DNA of 64,000 nucleotides from Staphylococcus phage vB_Sau_S24. Each line of letters begins with the position of its first letter. The first letter of the stretch is position 1. Of this stretch, positions 22,283 through 33,200 are shown one piece after another. The DNA lies in the sequence record KY794643.1; one strand, 5' to 3'. The notes under the pieces were generated by a model. That model was not told where the DNA came from, made no database searches, and saw nothing but the letters and a program-made list of their open reading frames with translations. The position numbers were made by a program, and so were the translations under genes.

Positions 22283-23350
22283 ATGAGGTTTGAAGACTTT
22301 TTAACCCAAGAATTAGGAGAACCAAAAGAGAATACTATAGGTGAGCTAAGATACTGTTGTCCGTTTTGTGGAGAAAAAAGTTATAAGTTCTACGTTAAGC
22401 AAGCCCTAGACTCCAGTAATGGTCAATATCACTGTAAAAAATGTGATGAATCAGGTAACCCTATTACATTTATGAAGACCTATTACAACATTACAGGTAA
22501 ACAAGCTTTTGATTTATTAGAGTCTAAGAATATAGATATAGAGAGAGCCCCTTTACTTACAACTAATAACAAGGATTTAACAGAATCTGAGAAACTTATA
22601 TTAATGCTTAGAGGTGTAAACCAAGATAAAAGAAATACTAGTATTAAACCACCTCGATTACCTGATGGATATAAATTATTAAAAGATAATTTAAATAATA
22701 GAGAGATTATACCTTTTTTAAAATACTTAAAAGGTAGAGGTATAACTTTAGAGCAAATCATTAATAATAATATAGGTTATGTTATTAATGGGAGCTTCTA
22801 TAAAGTTGATGGGGAATCAAAAGTATCATTAAGGAATAGTATTATATTCTTTACGTATGACAATGATGGAAACTACCAATATTGGAATACCCGAAGTATA
22901 GAGAAGAACCCTTATATTAAATCTATTAATGCTCCTGCTAAACAAGATGAAGTAGGAAGAAAAGATGTCATATTTAATTTAAATATAGCAAGAAAGAAAA
23001 AATTCTTAGTTATAACTGAAGGTGTATTTGATGCTTTAACCTTTCATGAATATGGAGTAGCAACACTAGGTAAGCAAGTAACAGAAAATCAAATAAGAAA
23101 AATAATTGATTACGTTAGTGTAGATACATCAATCTATATTATGTTAGACACTGATGCATTAGATAATAATATAGATTTAGCTTATAAACTAAAAACACAT
23201 TTTAACAAAGTTTACTTTGTACCTCATGGTGACGAGGATGCAAATGATATGGGAACAAGGAAAGCTTTTGAGTTGTTAAAACAGAATCGAGTACTAGTAA
23301 CACCTGAAAGTATACAGAGTTACAAAATACAACAAAAACTTAAACTTTAG
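22283..23350 (+). CDS. dnaG: DnaG-like DNA primase
   Basis: 355 aa; N-terminal zinc finger 'CCPFCGEKSYKFYV...YHCKKCDESGN'; TOPRIM 'VITEGVFDALTF' and 'MLDTDALD'. Confidence 0.7.
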   Translation: MRFEDFLTQELGEPKENTIGELRYCCPFCGEKSYKFYVKQALDSSNGQYHCKKCDESGNPITFMKTYYNITGKQAFDLLESKNIDIERAPLLTTNNKDLTESEKLILMLRGVNQDKRNTSIKPPRLPDGYKLLKDNLNNREIIPFLKYLKGRGITLEQIINNNIGYVINGSFYKVDGESKVSLRNSIIFFTYDNDGNYQYWNTRSIEKNPYIKSINAPAKQDEVGRKDVIFNLNIARKKKFLVITEGVFDALTFHEYGVATLGKQVTENQIRKIIDYVSVDTSIYIMLDTDALDNNIDLAYKLKTHFNKVYFVPHGDEDANDMGTRKAFELLKQNRVLVTPESIQSYKIQQKLKL

Positions 23351-23352
23351 GC

Positions 23353-23381
23353 TTGACCTTAGAGAAGTTTTATGTTATACT
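23353..23381 (+). promoter_or_regulatory. sigma70-type promoter TTGACC-N17-TGtTATACT
   Basis: -35 23353-23358; -10 23376-23381. Confidence 0.55.
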
Positions 23382-23414
23382 AGTACTTAAGTAATTAATA
23401 AAGGAGAAAAAATA

Positions 23415-23753
23415 ATGTCAAATAATAAAAAAGATATTTTAAAATTTGTAGATGAATACATTACAGCTTTAAGAGTTGGTAATGAGCAACGACAACATCA
23501 ATTAGAAGAAATGGGTAAAGAAGAAACAGCAACATTAACAGACGTAGCTAAAGCTATTACTAATCTTATGATAGGTGTTAATGAGCAAATGATAGACTTA
23601 GAATACAACAATGAGTTAAACTTAAATATTTTAATTGATGCTTTATATAAAGCAGAGCTTATTAACGAAGATGTATTAGACTACATTCAAGAAGCAATTG
23701 ATAAATCACAAGAAGAACCTAAAAATGAAGAAGAAAAAGGAGAACAAGAATAA
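23415..23753 (+). CDS. hypothetical acidic protein (112 aa)
   Basis: SD AAAGGAG; own promoter 23353-23381; acidic C-terminus. Confidence 0.4.
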   Translation: MSNNKKDILKFVDEYITALRVGNEQRQHQLEEMGKEETATLTDVAKAITNLMIGVNEQMIDLEYNNELNLNILIDALYKAELINEDVLDYIQEAIDKSQEEPKNEEEKGEQE

Positions 23754-24205
23754 TGGAAAAAAATATTAGCACACACACAAAAGGTATTAGTCAAGCAGAC
23801 ATGGAGAAATGGATTGAAGCTGTAGTACAAGGAACTGTTGATGGTAAACAAGTTGATGATAAAACAGCTAAACAATTAGATAGAATTGGTTCACGTAGTG
23901 TTTCTTTAGAAGAAGCAACTCGTATTGCTAAAGTTCTTAATGCTGTTACAGTTCAAGAGATTTCAGGAGATTTTAATGATGCATTTAATGCAATTGACTT
24001 AATGATGATTATCATGGAAGATGAGTTAGGAGTAACTCAAGAACAAGTTGAAAAAGCTAAAGATAAGTTAAATGAGAAACGAGAAGCATATTTAAAAGAG
24101 AAGCAAGAAGAATTACGTCAAAAACAACAAGAAGAAGTACAAAAAGAAACTGAATCTGACAGCAATGAAAAAGTAATTCAGTTGAAGAAAAATGACGAAC
24201 AGTAA
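23753..24205 (+). CDS. hypothetical acidic coiled-coil protein (150 aa)
   Basis: SD AAAAGGAGAA; stop/start coupling with upstream gene (TAATGG). Confidence 0.4.
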   Translation: MEKNISTHTKGISQADMEKWIEAVVQGTVDGKQVDDKTAKQLDRIGSRSVSLEEATRIAKVLNAVTVQEISGDFNDAFNAIDLMMIIMEDELGVTQEQVEKAKDKLNEKREAYLKEKQEELRQKQQEEVQKETESDSNEKVIQLKKNDEQ

Positions 24206-24800
24206 GAAAAAGGGAGATACATTCGAACGTAAAATAGCTAAAGAATTAACTTCTTGGTGGGGATACCAATTTAATAGGTCTCCCCAATCAGGTGGTGCCT
24301 CTTGGGGTAAAGATAATAATGCTGTCGGAGATATAGTAGTACCTCAGGAAGCTAATTTTCCTTTAGTAGTTGAATGTAAACATAGAGAAGAATGGACTAT
24401 AGATAATGTTCTTCTAAATAATAGAGAGCCACACACATGGTGGGAACAAGTAATTAATGATAGTAGCAAGGTGAATAAGACACCTTGCTTAATATTTACT
24501 AGAAATAGAGCTCAGAGTTATGTTGCTTTACCTTACGATGAAAAAGTATATGAGGACTTAAGAGATAATGAATACCCTGTTATGAGAACAGATTTTATTA
24601 TTGATAATATTAGAAAAGATAAATTTTTTTATGATGTCCTTATAACTACCATGAATGGGTTGACCTCATTTACACCTTCTTATATTATATCTTGCTACGA
24701 CAAAAAAGATGTAAAACCATACAAGAAGGTCGAGTCTAATTTATCTGAGGTAAGTAAGCATGAAGATGAATTGATTAATGACCTTCTTAGTGATATATAA
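24192..24800 (+). CDS. RecU-like Holliday junction resolvase (PD-(D/E)xK nuclease)
   Basis: 202 aa; 'GDIVVPQEANFPLVVECKHRE' matches D-x(n)-E-x-K catalytic arrangement as in RecU ('VDFIGV...FEAKET'); upstream G-rich loop 'SPQSGGASWGKD'. Confidence 0.45.
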   Translation: MTNSKKKGDTFERKIAKELTSWWGYQFNRSPQSGGASWGKDNNAVGDIVVPQEANFPLVVECKHREEWTIDNVLLNNREPHTWWEQVINDSSKVNKTPCLIFTRNRAQSYVALPYDEKVYEDLRDNEYPVMRTDFIIDNIRKDKFFYDVLITTMNGLTSFTPSYIISCYDKKDVKPYKKVESNLSEVSKHEDELINDLLSDI

Positions 24801-24816
24801 GGAAGGTAAGATAAGT

Positions 24817-25209
24817 ATGACAAGTAAAGAAAGACCGTTAATTGTATATTTTTCAGGTACAGGACAAACAGAACGACTAGTAAACAAAATTAATATTAAT
24901 AATTCATTTGAAACGTTTAGGGTTAAGAATGGAAAAGAGAAAGTAGATAAACCTTTCATATTAATAACACCTACTTATATGAAAGGTGCAATACCTAAAC
25001 AAATAGAAAGATTCTTAGAAATTAATGGGAGCCCTAAAGAAGTTATTGGAACAGGAAATAAACAATGGGGCTCTAATTTCTGCGGAGCAAGTACAAAGAT
25101 TTCAGAGATGTTTAAGATTCCTTTAATTGCTAAAGTAGAGCAATCAGGACACTTTAACGAGATACAACCAATATTAGAACACTTTAGTAATAAATATAAA
25201 GTAGCGTAA
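24817..25209 (+). CDS. nrdI: NrdI flavodoxin-like protein
   Basis: start moved to ATG 24817 (GGAAGG SD); 'LIVYFSGTGQTERLV' is the NrdI FMN-binding signature; immediately upstream of nrdE. Confidence 0.75.
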   Translation: MTSKERPLIVYFSGTGQTERLVNKININNSFETFRVKNGKEKVDKPFILITPTYMKGAIPKQIERFLEINGSPKEVIGTGNKQWGSNFCGASTKISEMFKIPLIAKVEQSGHFNEIQPILEHFSNKYKVA

Positions 25210-25223
25210 AGGATGAGAGATAT

Positions 25224-27338
25224 ATGGCAACATATGGAAAATGGATTGAGTTAAACAACGAGATAACTCAATTAGATGATAATGGAAAAAATAAACTCTA
25301 TAAAGACCAAGAAGCTTTAGATGAGTATTTAAAATATATTGATGATAACACAAGAAAATTTAGTAGTGAAGTAGAAAGAATTAGAGTATTGACAGAAGAA
25401 GGAACTTATGATAAGATATTTGATAGTGTTCCTGATACTATCATTGATGAAATGACTAAGTTAGCTTATAGCTTTAACTTTAAGTTCCCTAGTTTCATGG
25501 CAGGACAGAAGTTTTATGAGTCTTACGCATCAAAACAATATGATGAAGATGATAACCCTATTTTTGTTGAAGATTATGAGCAACATAACGTTCGAGTAGC
25601 TTTATATCTATTCCAAAATGATTATGTAAAAGCTAGAGAATTATTGATTCAACTTATGGAACAAACATTCCAACCATCTACACCTACGTATAATAACTCA
25701 GGACAAGCTAATAGAGGTGAACTAAGTTCATGTTATCTATTTGTAGTGGATGATTCAATTGAGTCTTTAAACTTTGTTGAAGATAGTGTAGCTAACGCTA
25801 GTTCTAACGGTGGTGGAGTTGCAATTGACTTAACTAGAATTAGACCTAAAGGTGCTCCAGTACGTAATAGACCTAACTCAAGTAAAGGTGTTATTGCTTT
25901 TGCTAAAGCTATTGAGCATAAAGTAGGTATTTATGACCAAGGTGGAGTTAGACAAGGTAGCGGAGCAGTATACCTTAATATTTTCCATAATGATATTTTG
26001 GATTTATTAAGTTCTAAGAAAATTAATGCCAGTGAATCAGTTAGATTAGATAAATTATCTATTGGCGTTACAATTCCTAATAAATTTATGGAATTAGTTA
26101 AAGAAGGTAAACCTTTCTATACTTTTGACACTTATGATATTAATAAAGTATATGGTAAGTACCTAGATGAATTAAACATTGATGAATGGTATGAAGAACT
26201 ACTAACTAATGATAAGATTGGTAAAGTAAAACATGATGCTAGAGAAGTCATGACAGATATTGCTAAAACACAATTAGAATCAGGTTACCCTTATGTATTC
26301 TATGTTGATAATGCCAATGATAACCACCCTCTTAAAAACTTAGGTAAAGTTAAAATGAGTAACTTATGTACAGAAATTTCACAATTACAAGAGGTATCAG
26401 AGATACACCCTTATGCACACAGCAATAAGAATGTTATTAATAGAGATGTTGTTTGTACATTAGGTTCACTTAACTTAGTTAATGTGGTTGAAAAAGGTTT
26501 ATTGAATGAATCTGTAGATATTGGAACAAGAGCATTAACTAAAGTTACTGATATTATGGATTTACCATATTTACCTAGTGTTCAAAAAGCAAATGATGAC
26601 ATTAGAGCTATCGGTTTAGGCTCAATGAATTTACATGGGCTTTTAGCTAAGAATATGATTAGTTACGGTTCTAGAGAAGCATTAGACCTAGTAAATAGTT
26701 TATATAGTGCTATTAACTTCCAGTCTATTAAAACGTCTATGTTAATGGCTAAAGAAACAGGTAAACCATTTAAAGGGTTTGAAAAGTCTGATTATGCTAC
26801 AGGTGAATACTTTGTAAGATATATTAGAGAGTCTAACCAACCTAAAACAGAAAAAGCTAAGAAAGTATTAAGTAAAATTTATATTCCAACTCAAGATGAT
26901 TGGGATGAATTAGCTAAAGCAGTTAAGGTTCATGGATTGTATAATGGGTATAGAAAAGCTGAAGCACCTACTCAATCTATATCATATGTACAGAATGCTA
27001 CAAGCTCAATTATGCCTGTACCTAGTGCTATAGAGAATAGACAATATGGAGATATGGAAACATACTACCCAATGCCTTACCTAAGCCCTATAACTCAATT
27101 CTTCTATGAAGGAGAAACAGCTTATAAGATTGATAATAAACGTATTATTAATACAAGTGCTGTAGTTCAGAAGCACACAGACCAAGCAGTATCTACTATT
27201 CTTTACGTAGAGTCAGAGATACCGACTAATAAGTTAGTATCACTATACTACTATGCTTGGGAACAAGGATTAAAATCATTATACTATACACGTTCACGTA
27301 AACTTTCTGTTATTGAATGTGAAACATGTTCGGTTTAG
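25224..27338 (+). CDS. nrdE: ribonucleotide reductase class Ib alpha subunit
   Basis: 704 aa; 'NLCTEI' active-site loop, C-terminal 'CETCS' redox tail; nrdI-nrdE-nrdF order. Confidence 0.9.
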   Translation: MATYGKWIELNNEITQLDDNGKNKLYKDQEALDEYLKYIDDNTRKFSSEVERIRVLTEEGTYDKIFDSVPDTIIDEMTKLAYSFNFKFPSFMAGQKFYESYASKQYDEDDNPIFVEDYEQHNVRVALYLFQNDYVKARELLIQLMEQTFQPSTPTYNNSGQANRGELSSCYLFVVDDSIESLNFVEDSVANASSNGGGVAIDLTRIRPKGAPVRNRPNSSKGVIAFAKAIEHKVGIYDQGGVRQGSGAVYLNIFHNDILDLLSSKKINASESVRLDKLSIGVTIPNKFMELVKEGKPFYTFDTYDINKVYGKYLDELNIDEWYEELLTNDKIGKVKHDAREVMTDIAKTQLESGYPYVFYVDNANDNHPLKNLGKVKMSNLCTEISQLQEVSEIHPYAHSNKNVINRDVVCTLGSLNLVNVVEKGLLNESVDIGTRALTKVTDIMDLPYLPSVQKANDDIRAIGLGSMNLHGLLAKNMISYGSREALDLVNSLYSAINFQSIKTSMLMAKETGKPFKGFEKSDYATGEYFVRYIRESNQPKTEKAKKVLSKIYIPTQDDWDELAKAVKVHGLYNGYRKAEAPTQSISYVQNATSSIMPVPSAIENRQYGDMETYYPMPYLSPITQFFYEGETAYKIDNKRIINTSAVVQKHTDQAVSTILYVESEIPTNKLVSLYYYAWEQGLKSLYYTRSRKLSVIECETCSV

Positions 27339-27351
27339 AAAGGAAATAGAT

Positions 27352-28401
27352 ATGGATATTACACAAAAGGTAAAACAACATAATAAAAATGCAGTATTAA
27401 AAGCAACAAACTGGAATATTGAAGATGACGGGATGTCTGATATTTATTGGGAGCAAGGAATCTCCCAATTTTGGACTCCTGAAGAGTTTGATGTATCAAG
27501 AGATTTAAGTTCTTGGAACAGTTTAACTGAGAGTGAAAAGAACACTTATAAGAAAGTCCTTGCAGGGCTCACAGGGCTCGATACAAAGCAAGGAGGGGAA
27601 GGTATGAACTTAGTATCCTATCATGAACCGAGACCTAAATACCAGGCTGTATTTGCGTTTATGGGAGGTATGGAAGAGATACACGCCAAATCTTATAGTC
27701 ATATCTTTACAACATTACTAAATAATAAAGAAACAAGTTATTTGTTAGATACTTGGGTTGAAGAAAATGACTTCTTAAAAGTAAAAGCTCAGTTTATTGG
27801 TTACTACTATGACCAGTTACTAAAACCTAATCCTACAGTATTCGATAGATATATGGCTAAAGTAGCTAGTGCCTTCTTAGAAAGTGCATTATTCTATTCA
27901 GGATTTTATTACCCATTACTTCTTGCAGGTAGAGGTCAGATGACACAATCAGGAGCTATCATTTATAAGATTACCCAAGATGAAGCTTATCATGGTTCAG
28001 CAGTAGGATTAACAGCTCAGTATGATTACAATCTTTTAACAGAACAAGAGAAAAAACTAGCAGACAGAGAAACTTATGAATTATTAAATATTCTTTACAC
28101 TAATGAAGTAGCGTATACACATAGCCTATATGACCCATTAGAATTAAGTGAAGATGTAATTAACTATGTTCAGTATAACTTTAACAGAGCCCTCCAAAAC
28201 TTAGGTAGAGAAGACTACTTTAACCCTGAACCTTATAACCCTATTGTAGAAAATCAAACTAATGTAGATAGATTACGAAACGTTGATTTCTTTAGTGGTA
28301 AGGCAGACTATGAAAAATCTACAAATATTAAAGATATTAAAGATGAAGATTTCTCATTCTCAGAAAGTAAGGAATATAGTACTGCTAAGGAATTCCTATA
28401 A
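27352..28401 (+). CDS. nrdF: ribonucleotide reductase class Ib beta subunit
   Basis: start at ATG 27352 (AAAGGAAATAG then ATG); ferritin-like metal ligands 'EEIHAKSY' and 'QDEAYHG'; C-terminal acidic tail. Confidence 0.85.
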   Translation: MDITQKVKQHNKNAVLKATNWNIEDDGMSDIYWEQGISQFWTPEEFDVSRDLSSWNSLTESEKNTYKKVLAGLTGLDTKQGGEGMNLVSYHEPRPKYQAVFAFMGGMEEIHAKSYSHIFTTLLNNKETSYLLDTWVEENDFLKVKAQFIGYYYDQLLKPNPTVFDRYMAKVASAFLESALFYSGFYYPLLLAGRGQMTQSGAIIYKITQDEAYHGSAVGLTAQYDYNLLTEQEKKLADRETYELLNILYTNEVAYTHSLYDPLELSEDVINYVQYNFNRALQNLGREDYFNPEPYNPIVENQTNVDRLRNVDFFSGKADYEKSTNIKDIKDEDFSFSESKEYSTAKEFL

Positions 28402-28418
28402 AAAGGAGAAAAGATATT

Positions 28419-28748
28419 ATGGATAGAAAAGAAGCAATGGATTTATTAAGCAAAACAGAAACACTATTTAAAAAACATGATGAGTTTTCATGTGTAAGTG
28501 ATATCAATGACCCTATGAAGTTATTCAGCAACTCTAAAGATGCTAAAGCTGATGACACTTCTAAGTCATTTCAGTTAGAGTTTATGCATGATATGACGAT
28601 GTATACTTTATCCTACGGCTCAGGTCAATTAAAACTTATTGACCTAGCAGAAGGTTATGAAGCACAAAAAGCAACAGTAGTTAACTCATTTCCCGAAATT
28701 ATTAAAACATTAGAAAAGGATGATTCAGAAGATGGAAAAAATGAATAG
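28419..28748 (+). CDS. hypothetical acidic protein (109 aa)
   Basis: SD AAAAGGAGAAAAG; between nrdF and thioredoxin-like gene. Confidence 0.4.
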   Translation: MDRKEAMDLLSKTETLFKKHDEFSCVSDINDPMKLFSNSKDAKADDTSKSFQLEFMHDMTMYTLSYGSGQLKLIDLAEGYEAQKATVVNSFPEIIKTLEKDDSEDGKNE

Positions 28749-29052
28749 TTTAGTAGACTTAAATACAGCAATTAGACAAAAGAAAGATGTTATTGTAATG
28801 ATTACTCAAGATAATTGTGGTAAATGTGAAATTTTAAAAAGTGTAATCCCTATGTTCCAAGACTCAGGAGATATCAGTAAACCTATCTTGACACTTAACT
28901 TAGATGCGGAAGATGTCGATAGAGAGAAAGCAGTTAAGCTTTTTGATATTATGAGTACTCCAGTGTTAATAGGTTATAAAGATGGTCAATTAGCTAAGAA
29001 ATATGAAGACCAAGTTACACCAATGCAATTACAAGAATTAGAGTCACTTTAA
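28741..29052 (+). CDS. thioredoxin/NrdH-like redoxin
   Basis: 'ITQDNCGKCEILK' CxxC active site in thioredoxin fold context; start chosen at ATG 28741 (AAGATGGA SD) rather than track start 28720. Confidence 0.6.
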   Translation: MNSLVDLNTAIRQKKDVIVMITQDNCGKCEILKSVIPMFQDSGDISKPILTLNLDAEDVDREKAVKLFDIMSTPVLIGYKDGQLAKKYEDQVTPMQLQELESL

Positions 29053-29053
29053 T

Positions 29054-29082
29054 TTGGAATTTCCTGCTATCTGTGCTATACT
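29054..29082 (+). promoter_or_regulatory. sigma70-type promoter TTGGAA-N17-TGcTATACT embedded in terminator hairpin
   Basis: -10 sits in loop of 11-bp stem terminator 29062-29111. Confidence 0.45.
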
Positions 29083-29111
29083 ATAATAGTACAAGGTAGT
29101 AGGATTTTTTT
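29062..29111 (+). terminator. rho-independent terminator with large loop (promoter -10 in loop)
   Basis: UCCUGCUAUCU pairs AGGUAGUAGGA (2 G-U) then T7. Confidence 0.45.
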
Positions 29112-29259
29112 AATGAGAGGAAGATGACATATCGCAAAGAATAAAACATTAACGATATATAATAGTGATAGGTATTTTAATATACACACAAAAGATAAAG
29201 ATAAAATTAATGAGGCTATTAAAGTCACACACGGTAATGAAGAAGAAATTGAAAAGAAT

Positions 29260-29856
29260 ATGAATGAGTTAATATCTAAGTCTAGACGATACATCATGAG
29301 AGATGAAAATCATTATATGTTATTTAATGAGAAATACAATAATGATAGACTTATAGAGAAGGTATGTAAGCATGGCGGTAAAATTACATACTATACAGAT
29401 TCAGTATTACCTTATTATGTATTAAAGGACTTATCTAGTCATCCTGATTCAGAAGTTGTTTATCGTATGCGTAACGGTTTTACTCCAAAAGAAGTAGATA
29501 ATATAGCGTTATCATTTATGGGAACAAAAGTTATTATTGATATTTCTGTGGTATTTCCTTATGTAAACCCTTATGATATTATCAGAAGTTTACACGATAT
29601 TAAAACAAACGTAGATGAAGTTCATTTATCATTCCCACGTATATTAGAAGTAGATGAAAAGCAAGAAAAATTCTATTTCTTTGATGGAGAAGCTTATGAT
29701 TTAAAACCTGAATATAAAGTAGACTTTGCAGATAAAATTAGAGTATCCTTATCAGTATGGAAAATGTATATCTATATCTTAACAAGTAGCCATGATTTTG
29801 AAGATGTAGACGATGTAATTACGAAACTAAAACAACAAAGAAAGATTAAGATATAA
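29260..29856 (+). CDS. hypothetical protein (198 aa)
   Basis: ORF preceded by approx. 150-nt leader from promoter 29054-29082; weak SD. Confidence 0.4.
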   Translation: MNELISKSRRYIMRDENHYMLFNEKYNNDRLIEKVCKHGGKITYYTDSVLPYYVLKDLSSHPDSEVVYRMRNGFTPKEVDNIALSFMGTKVIIDISVVFPYVNPYDIIRSLHDIKTNVDEVHLSFPRILEVDEKQEKFYFFDGEAYDLKPEYKVDFADKIRVSLSVWKMYIYILTSSHDFEDVDDVITKLKQQRKIKI

Positions 29857-29865
29857 GGTGATTAT

Positions 29866-30171
29866 ATGAGTACAGCAAATAGAAGAGATATAGCAAGGAA
29901 AATATCAGAGAATACAGGGTATTATATACAAGATGTAGAAGAAATACTAAGTGCAGAGACAGATGCTATTTCAGATTTATTAGAAGAAGGGTATACTAAA
30001 GTAAAGAACCATAAGTTTCTGCAAATAGAGGTTATTGAAAGAAAAGGTAAAAAAGCTTGGGATGGGCTGAATAAAGAATATTTCCATTTACCTAATAGAA
30101 AAGCTATAAAATTTAAACCACTGAAAGAATTAGAAGAGGTTATTAATAGACTTAATGAAGAAGAGAAATAA
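29866..30171 (+). CDS. HU/IHF-family DNA-binding protein
   Basis: 101 aa; HU fold pattern: N-terminal helices then 'KVKNHKFLQIEVIERKGKKAWDGLNKEYFHLPNRKAIKFKP' beta-arm with conserved R-K-G...G...P spacing. Confidence 0.65.
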   Translation: MSTANRRDIARKISENTGYYIQDVEEILSAETDAISDLLEEGYTKVKNHKFLQIEVIERKGKKAWDGLNKEYFHLPNRKAIKFKPLKELEEVINRLNEEEK

Positions 30172-30187
30172 TTCTCTTCTTTTTTTA
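30160..30187 (+). terminator. rho-independent terminator overlapping HU gene stop
   Basis: GAAGAGAA-ataa-TTCTCTTC plus T7. Confidence 0.6.
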
Positions 30188-30216
30188 TTGACACGGTTTA
30201 AAATATATGGTATAGT
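30188..30216 (+). promoter_or_regulatory. sigma70-type promoter TTGACA-N17-TGgTATAGT upstream of polA
   Basis: -35 30188-30193, -10 30211-30216. Confidence 0.6.
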
Positions 30217-30246
30217 ATTATTAAGTTAAAAAAGGAGAGGAACTAA

Positions 30247-33200
30247 ATGAAAGTATTAATCTTATTCGACCACATTAGAGAAGAACACTTTTCTGTAAGT
30301 AAAGATGGAAGTGTGAAATCCAATGTATTAAATACACCTAACGGAAAAACACTTAAGAAGTTACTTGAGAAGTGTTCTAATTTAAAGAGAGATAAAACAA
30401 ATAGAGACTACGATATTGATTTTCTTTATAATGCAGTACCTACACCTATTCGAAATGATTATGGTAAGATTATTAAATATCAAGATGTTAAGCAAGCAGA
30501 AGTAAAACCATACTATGAAAGAATGAATAACCTTATTATTGATAATGCTTATGATATGATTATTCCTGTAGGTAAATTAGGAGTTAAATACTTATTAAAT
30601 GTTACAGCTATCGGTAAAGTAAGAGGAGTACCGAGTAAAGTAACAGTTGAAAATGAAACATCTTCTCATGATGTATGGGTATTACCTACGTATAGTATTG
30701 AGTACACTAATGTAAATAAAAATAGTGAACGTCACGTTGTATCAGACTTACAAACAGTAGGTAAGTTTGTAGAGCAAGGAGAAGAAGCCTTTAAACCTAA
30801 AGAAGTATCCTATGAATTAGTAGATAACATTGAAAGAGTTAGAGAAATATTTACTAAGGAAGTAACGAATGATAACTATGACGGTGTAGATATCACTGCA
30901 TGGGACTTAGAGACTAACTCATTGAAACCTGATAAAGAAGGAAGTAAACCTTTAGTATTATCCCTATCATGGAGAAATGGTCAAGGCGTAACTATACCTC
31001 TATACAAATCAGACTTTAATTGGGAAAATGGTCAAGATGATATTGATGAAGTATTAGAGTTGTTTAAGAATTGGTTAGCTAGCAAAGAAGATATTAAGGT
31101 AGCACACAACGGTAAATATGATATTAAATTCTTAATGAGTACTGAGAACTTTAAAGATTTTGAGAGTATTCAAGATACTAAAGTAGGTTGGTACTTAGCT
31201 GTAACACAAGAAGTTAAAGAGTCACTAAGGTTATCTGATTTGGCTTATGAGGTAACAGATGTTGGAGGTTATGATAAACCATTAGAAGACTTTAAATTAT
31301 GGTTTGTTACTAAGTTATTAAGATTTTTCTCTGATAAAATTAAAGAAATACAAAAAGAGAATAAAAAGGTTGCTAAGAAAGAATATGACATTAAAGCCCC
31401 TGAATACAAAGAGTGGCTAGAGACTAAATTAAATGAAACAGAAGTAGAATTAGATGATACTGAGAAGAAATTTAGAGTTAGTGAATTAGAGAAAAAATAC
31501 ATTCAGCTAGGTCTTTCACCTGAAATTGTAAATATGAATTTAGTTATGGATAATGATGAATTTATAAGTATTGCAGAACAATCACCTGAATATATGGGAT
31601 TATCTAATGAAGCTAAGTCTTACACACTAAATACTGCAATTGATTTAATTAATAAGTATAGAGATGTAAAAGATGTAGTGAATGATATTGACGGAGGTAA
31701 CTTTAACTATGATTGGTTCCCTATTGAATTAATGCATCCGTATGCATCAGGAGATACAGATGTATGTAGAAGAATTCATTGTGATGTAGTTAAGAAATTA
31801 GAAGAACAAGATAGACCTAAGTCCATGCATTTATTAGAAGTTAATTATCCTAGATTAACTAAATCACTAGCTAGAATTGAATCAAATGGTTTATACTGTG
31901 ACTTAGATTATATGAAAGAAAATGATGAGTCATATGAGTCTGAGATGGCTAAGAACCACGCTACAATGAGAGAACATTGGGCTGTTAAAGAGTTTGAAGA
32001 GTATCAGTATAACCTTTACCAAATGGCGTTAGAAGAGCATGAGAAGAAGCCAAAGGAAAGAGACAAAGATATTCATCAGTATAGAGATAAGTTTAAAGAT
32101 GGTAAATGGATGTTTTCTCCTAGTTCAGGAGACCATAAAGGTAGAGTAATTTATGATATTCTAGGAATTCAATTACCTTATGATAAAGAGTATGTTAAAG
32201 AAAAACCATTTAACGCTAATGTTAAAGAAGCAGACCTTACTTGGCAGGATTATAAAACAGATAAGAAAGCTATTGGTTATGCATTAGATAACTTAGATTT
32301 AAAGGATGACGTTAAAGAACTTCTTGAATTACTTAAATACCATGCTAGTATGCAGACAAAACGTAATTCATTTACTAAGAAATTACCTAATATGATTAAT
32401 AAACAAAAGAGAACATTACACGGTTCTTTCTCTGAGACAGGTACAGAGACATCACGATTAAGTAGTAGTAACCCTAACTTACAAAACTTACCGGCACATA
32501 CATCAGATGTAAATAAATTTGATTATAAACACCCTATTAAACGTTCATTTGTTTCTAGATTTGAAAATGGGGTATTACTAGGAGCCGACTATAGTGCCCT
32601 AGAGATGCGTATTATTGGATTATTTACTAAAGACCCTGATATGTTACAATCGTTCCTAAACGGAGAAGATATCCATAAAGCTACTGCAAGTATTGTTTAT
32701 AATAAACCCGTAGAAGAAGTAACTAAAGAAGAAAGACAAGCAACAAAAGCAGTAAACTTTGGATTAGCCTTCGGTGAATCACCCTTCTCATTTGCAGGTA
32801 AAAATAATATGGAAGTAAGTGAAGCAGAAGAAATCTTTGAAAAATATTTCCAAACAAAACCAAGTGTAAAAACTTCTATTGACAGTGTACATGAATTTGT
32901 GCAACAATATGGTTATGTTGATACAATGCACGGACACAGAAGATTTATCCGTTCAGCTCAATCAACAGATAAGAAGATAAAAAATGAAGGTCTAAGACAA
33001 TCATTTAATACGATTATCCAAGGTTCAGGTAGTTTCTTAACAAATATGTCTTTAACTTACTTAGATGACTTTATTCAGTCTCGTAACTTGAAATCAAAAG
33101 TTATTGCCACAGTACACGATAGTATCTTAATTGATTGTCCTCCTGAAGAGGCTAAAATTATGGCTAAAGTGACACTTCATATCATGGAAAATTTACCGTT

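Noticed and set aside
23340-23375. Apparent hairpin AAACTT...AAGTTT around the 23353 promoter
   Set aside because: The 6-bp AT stem with a 22-nt loop is not credible as a terminator. Left as part of the promoter region.
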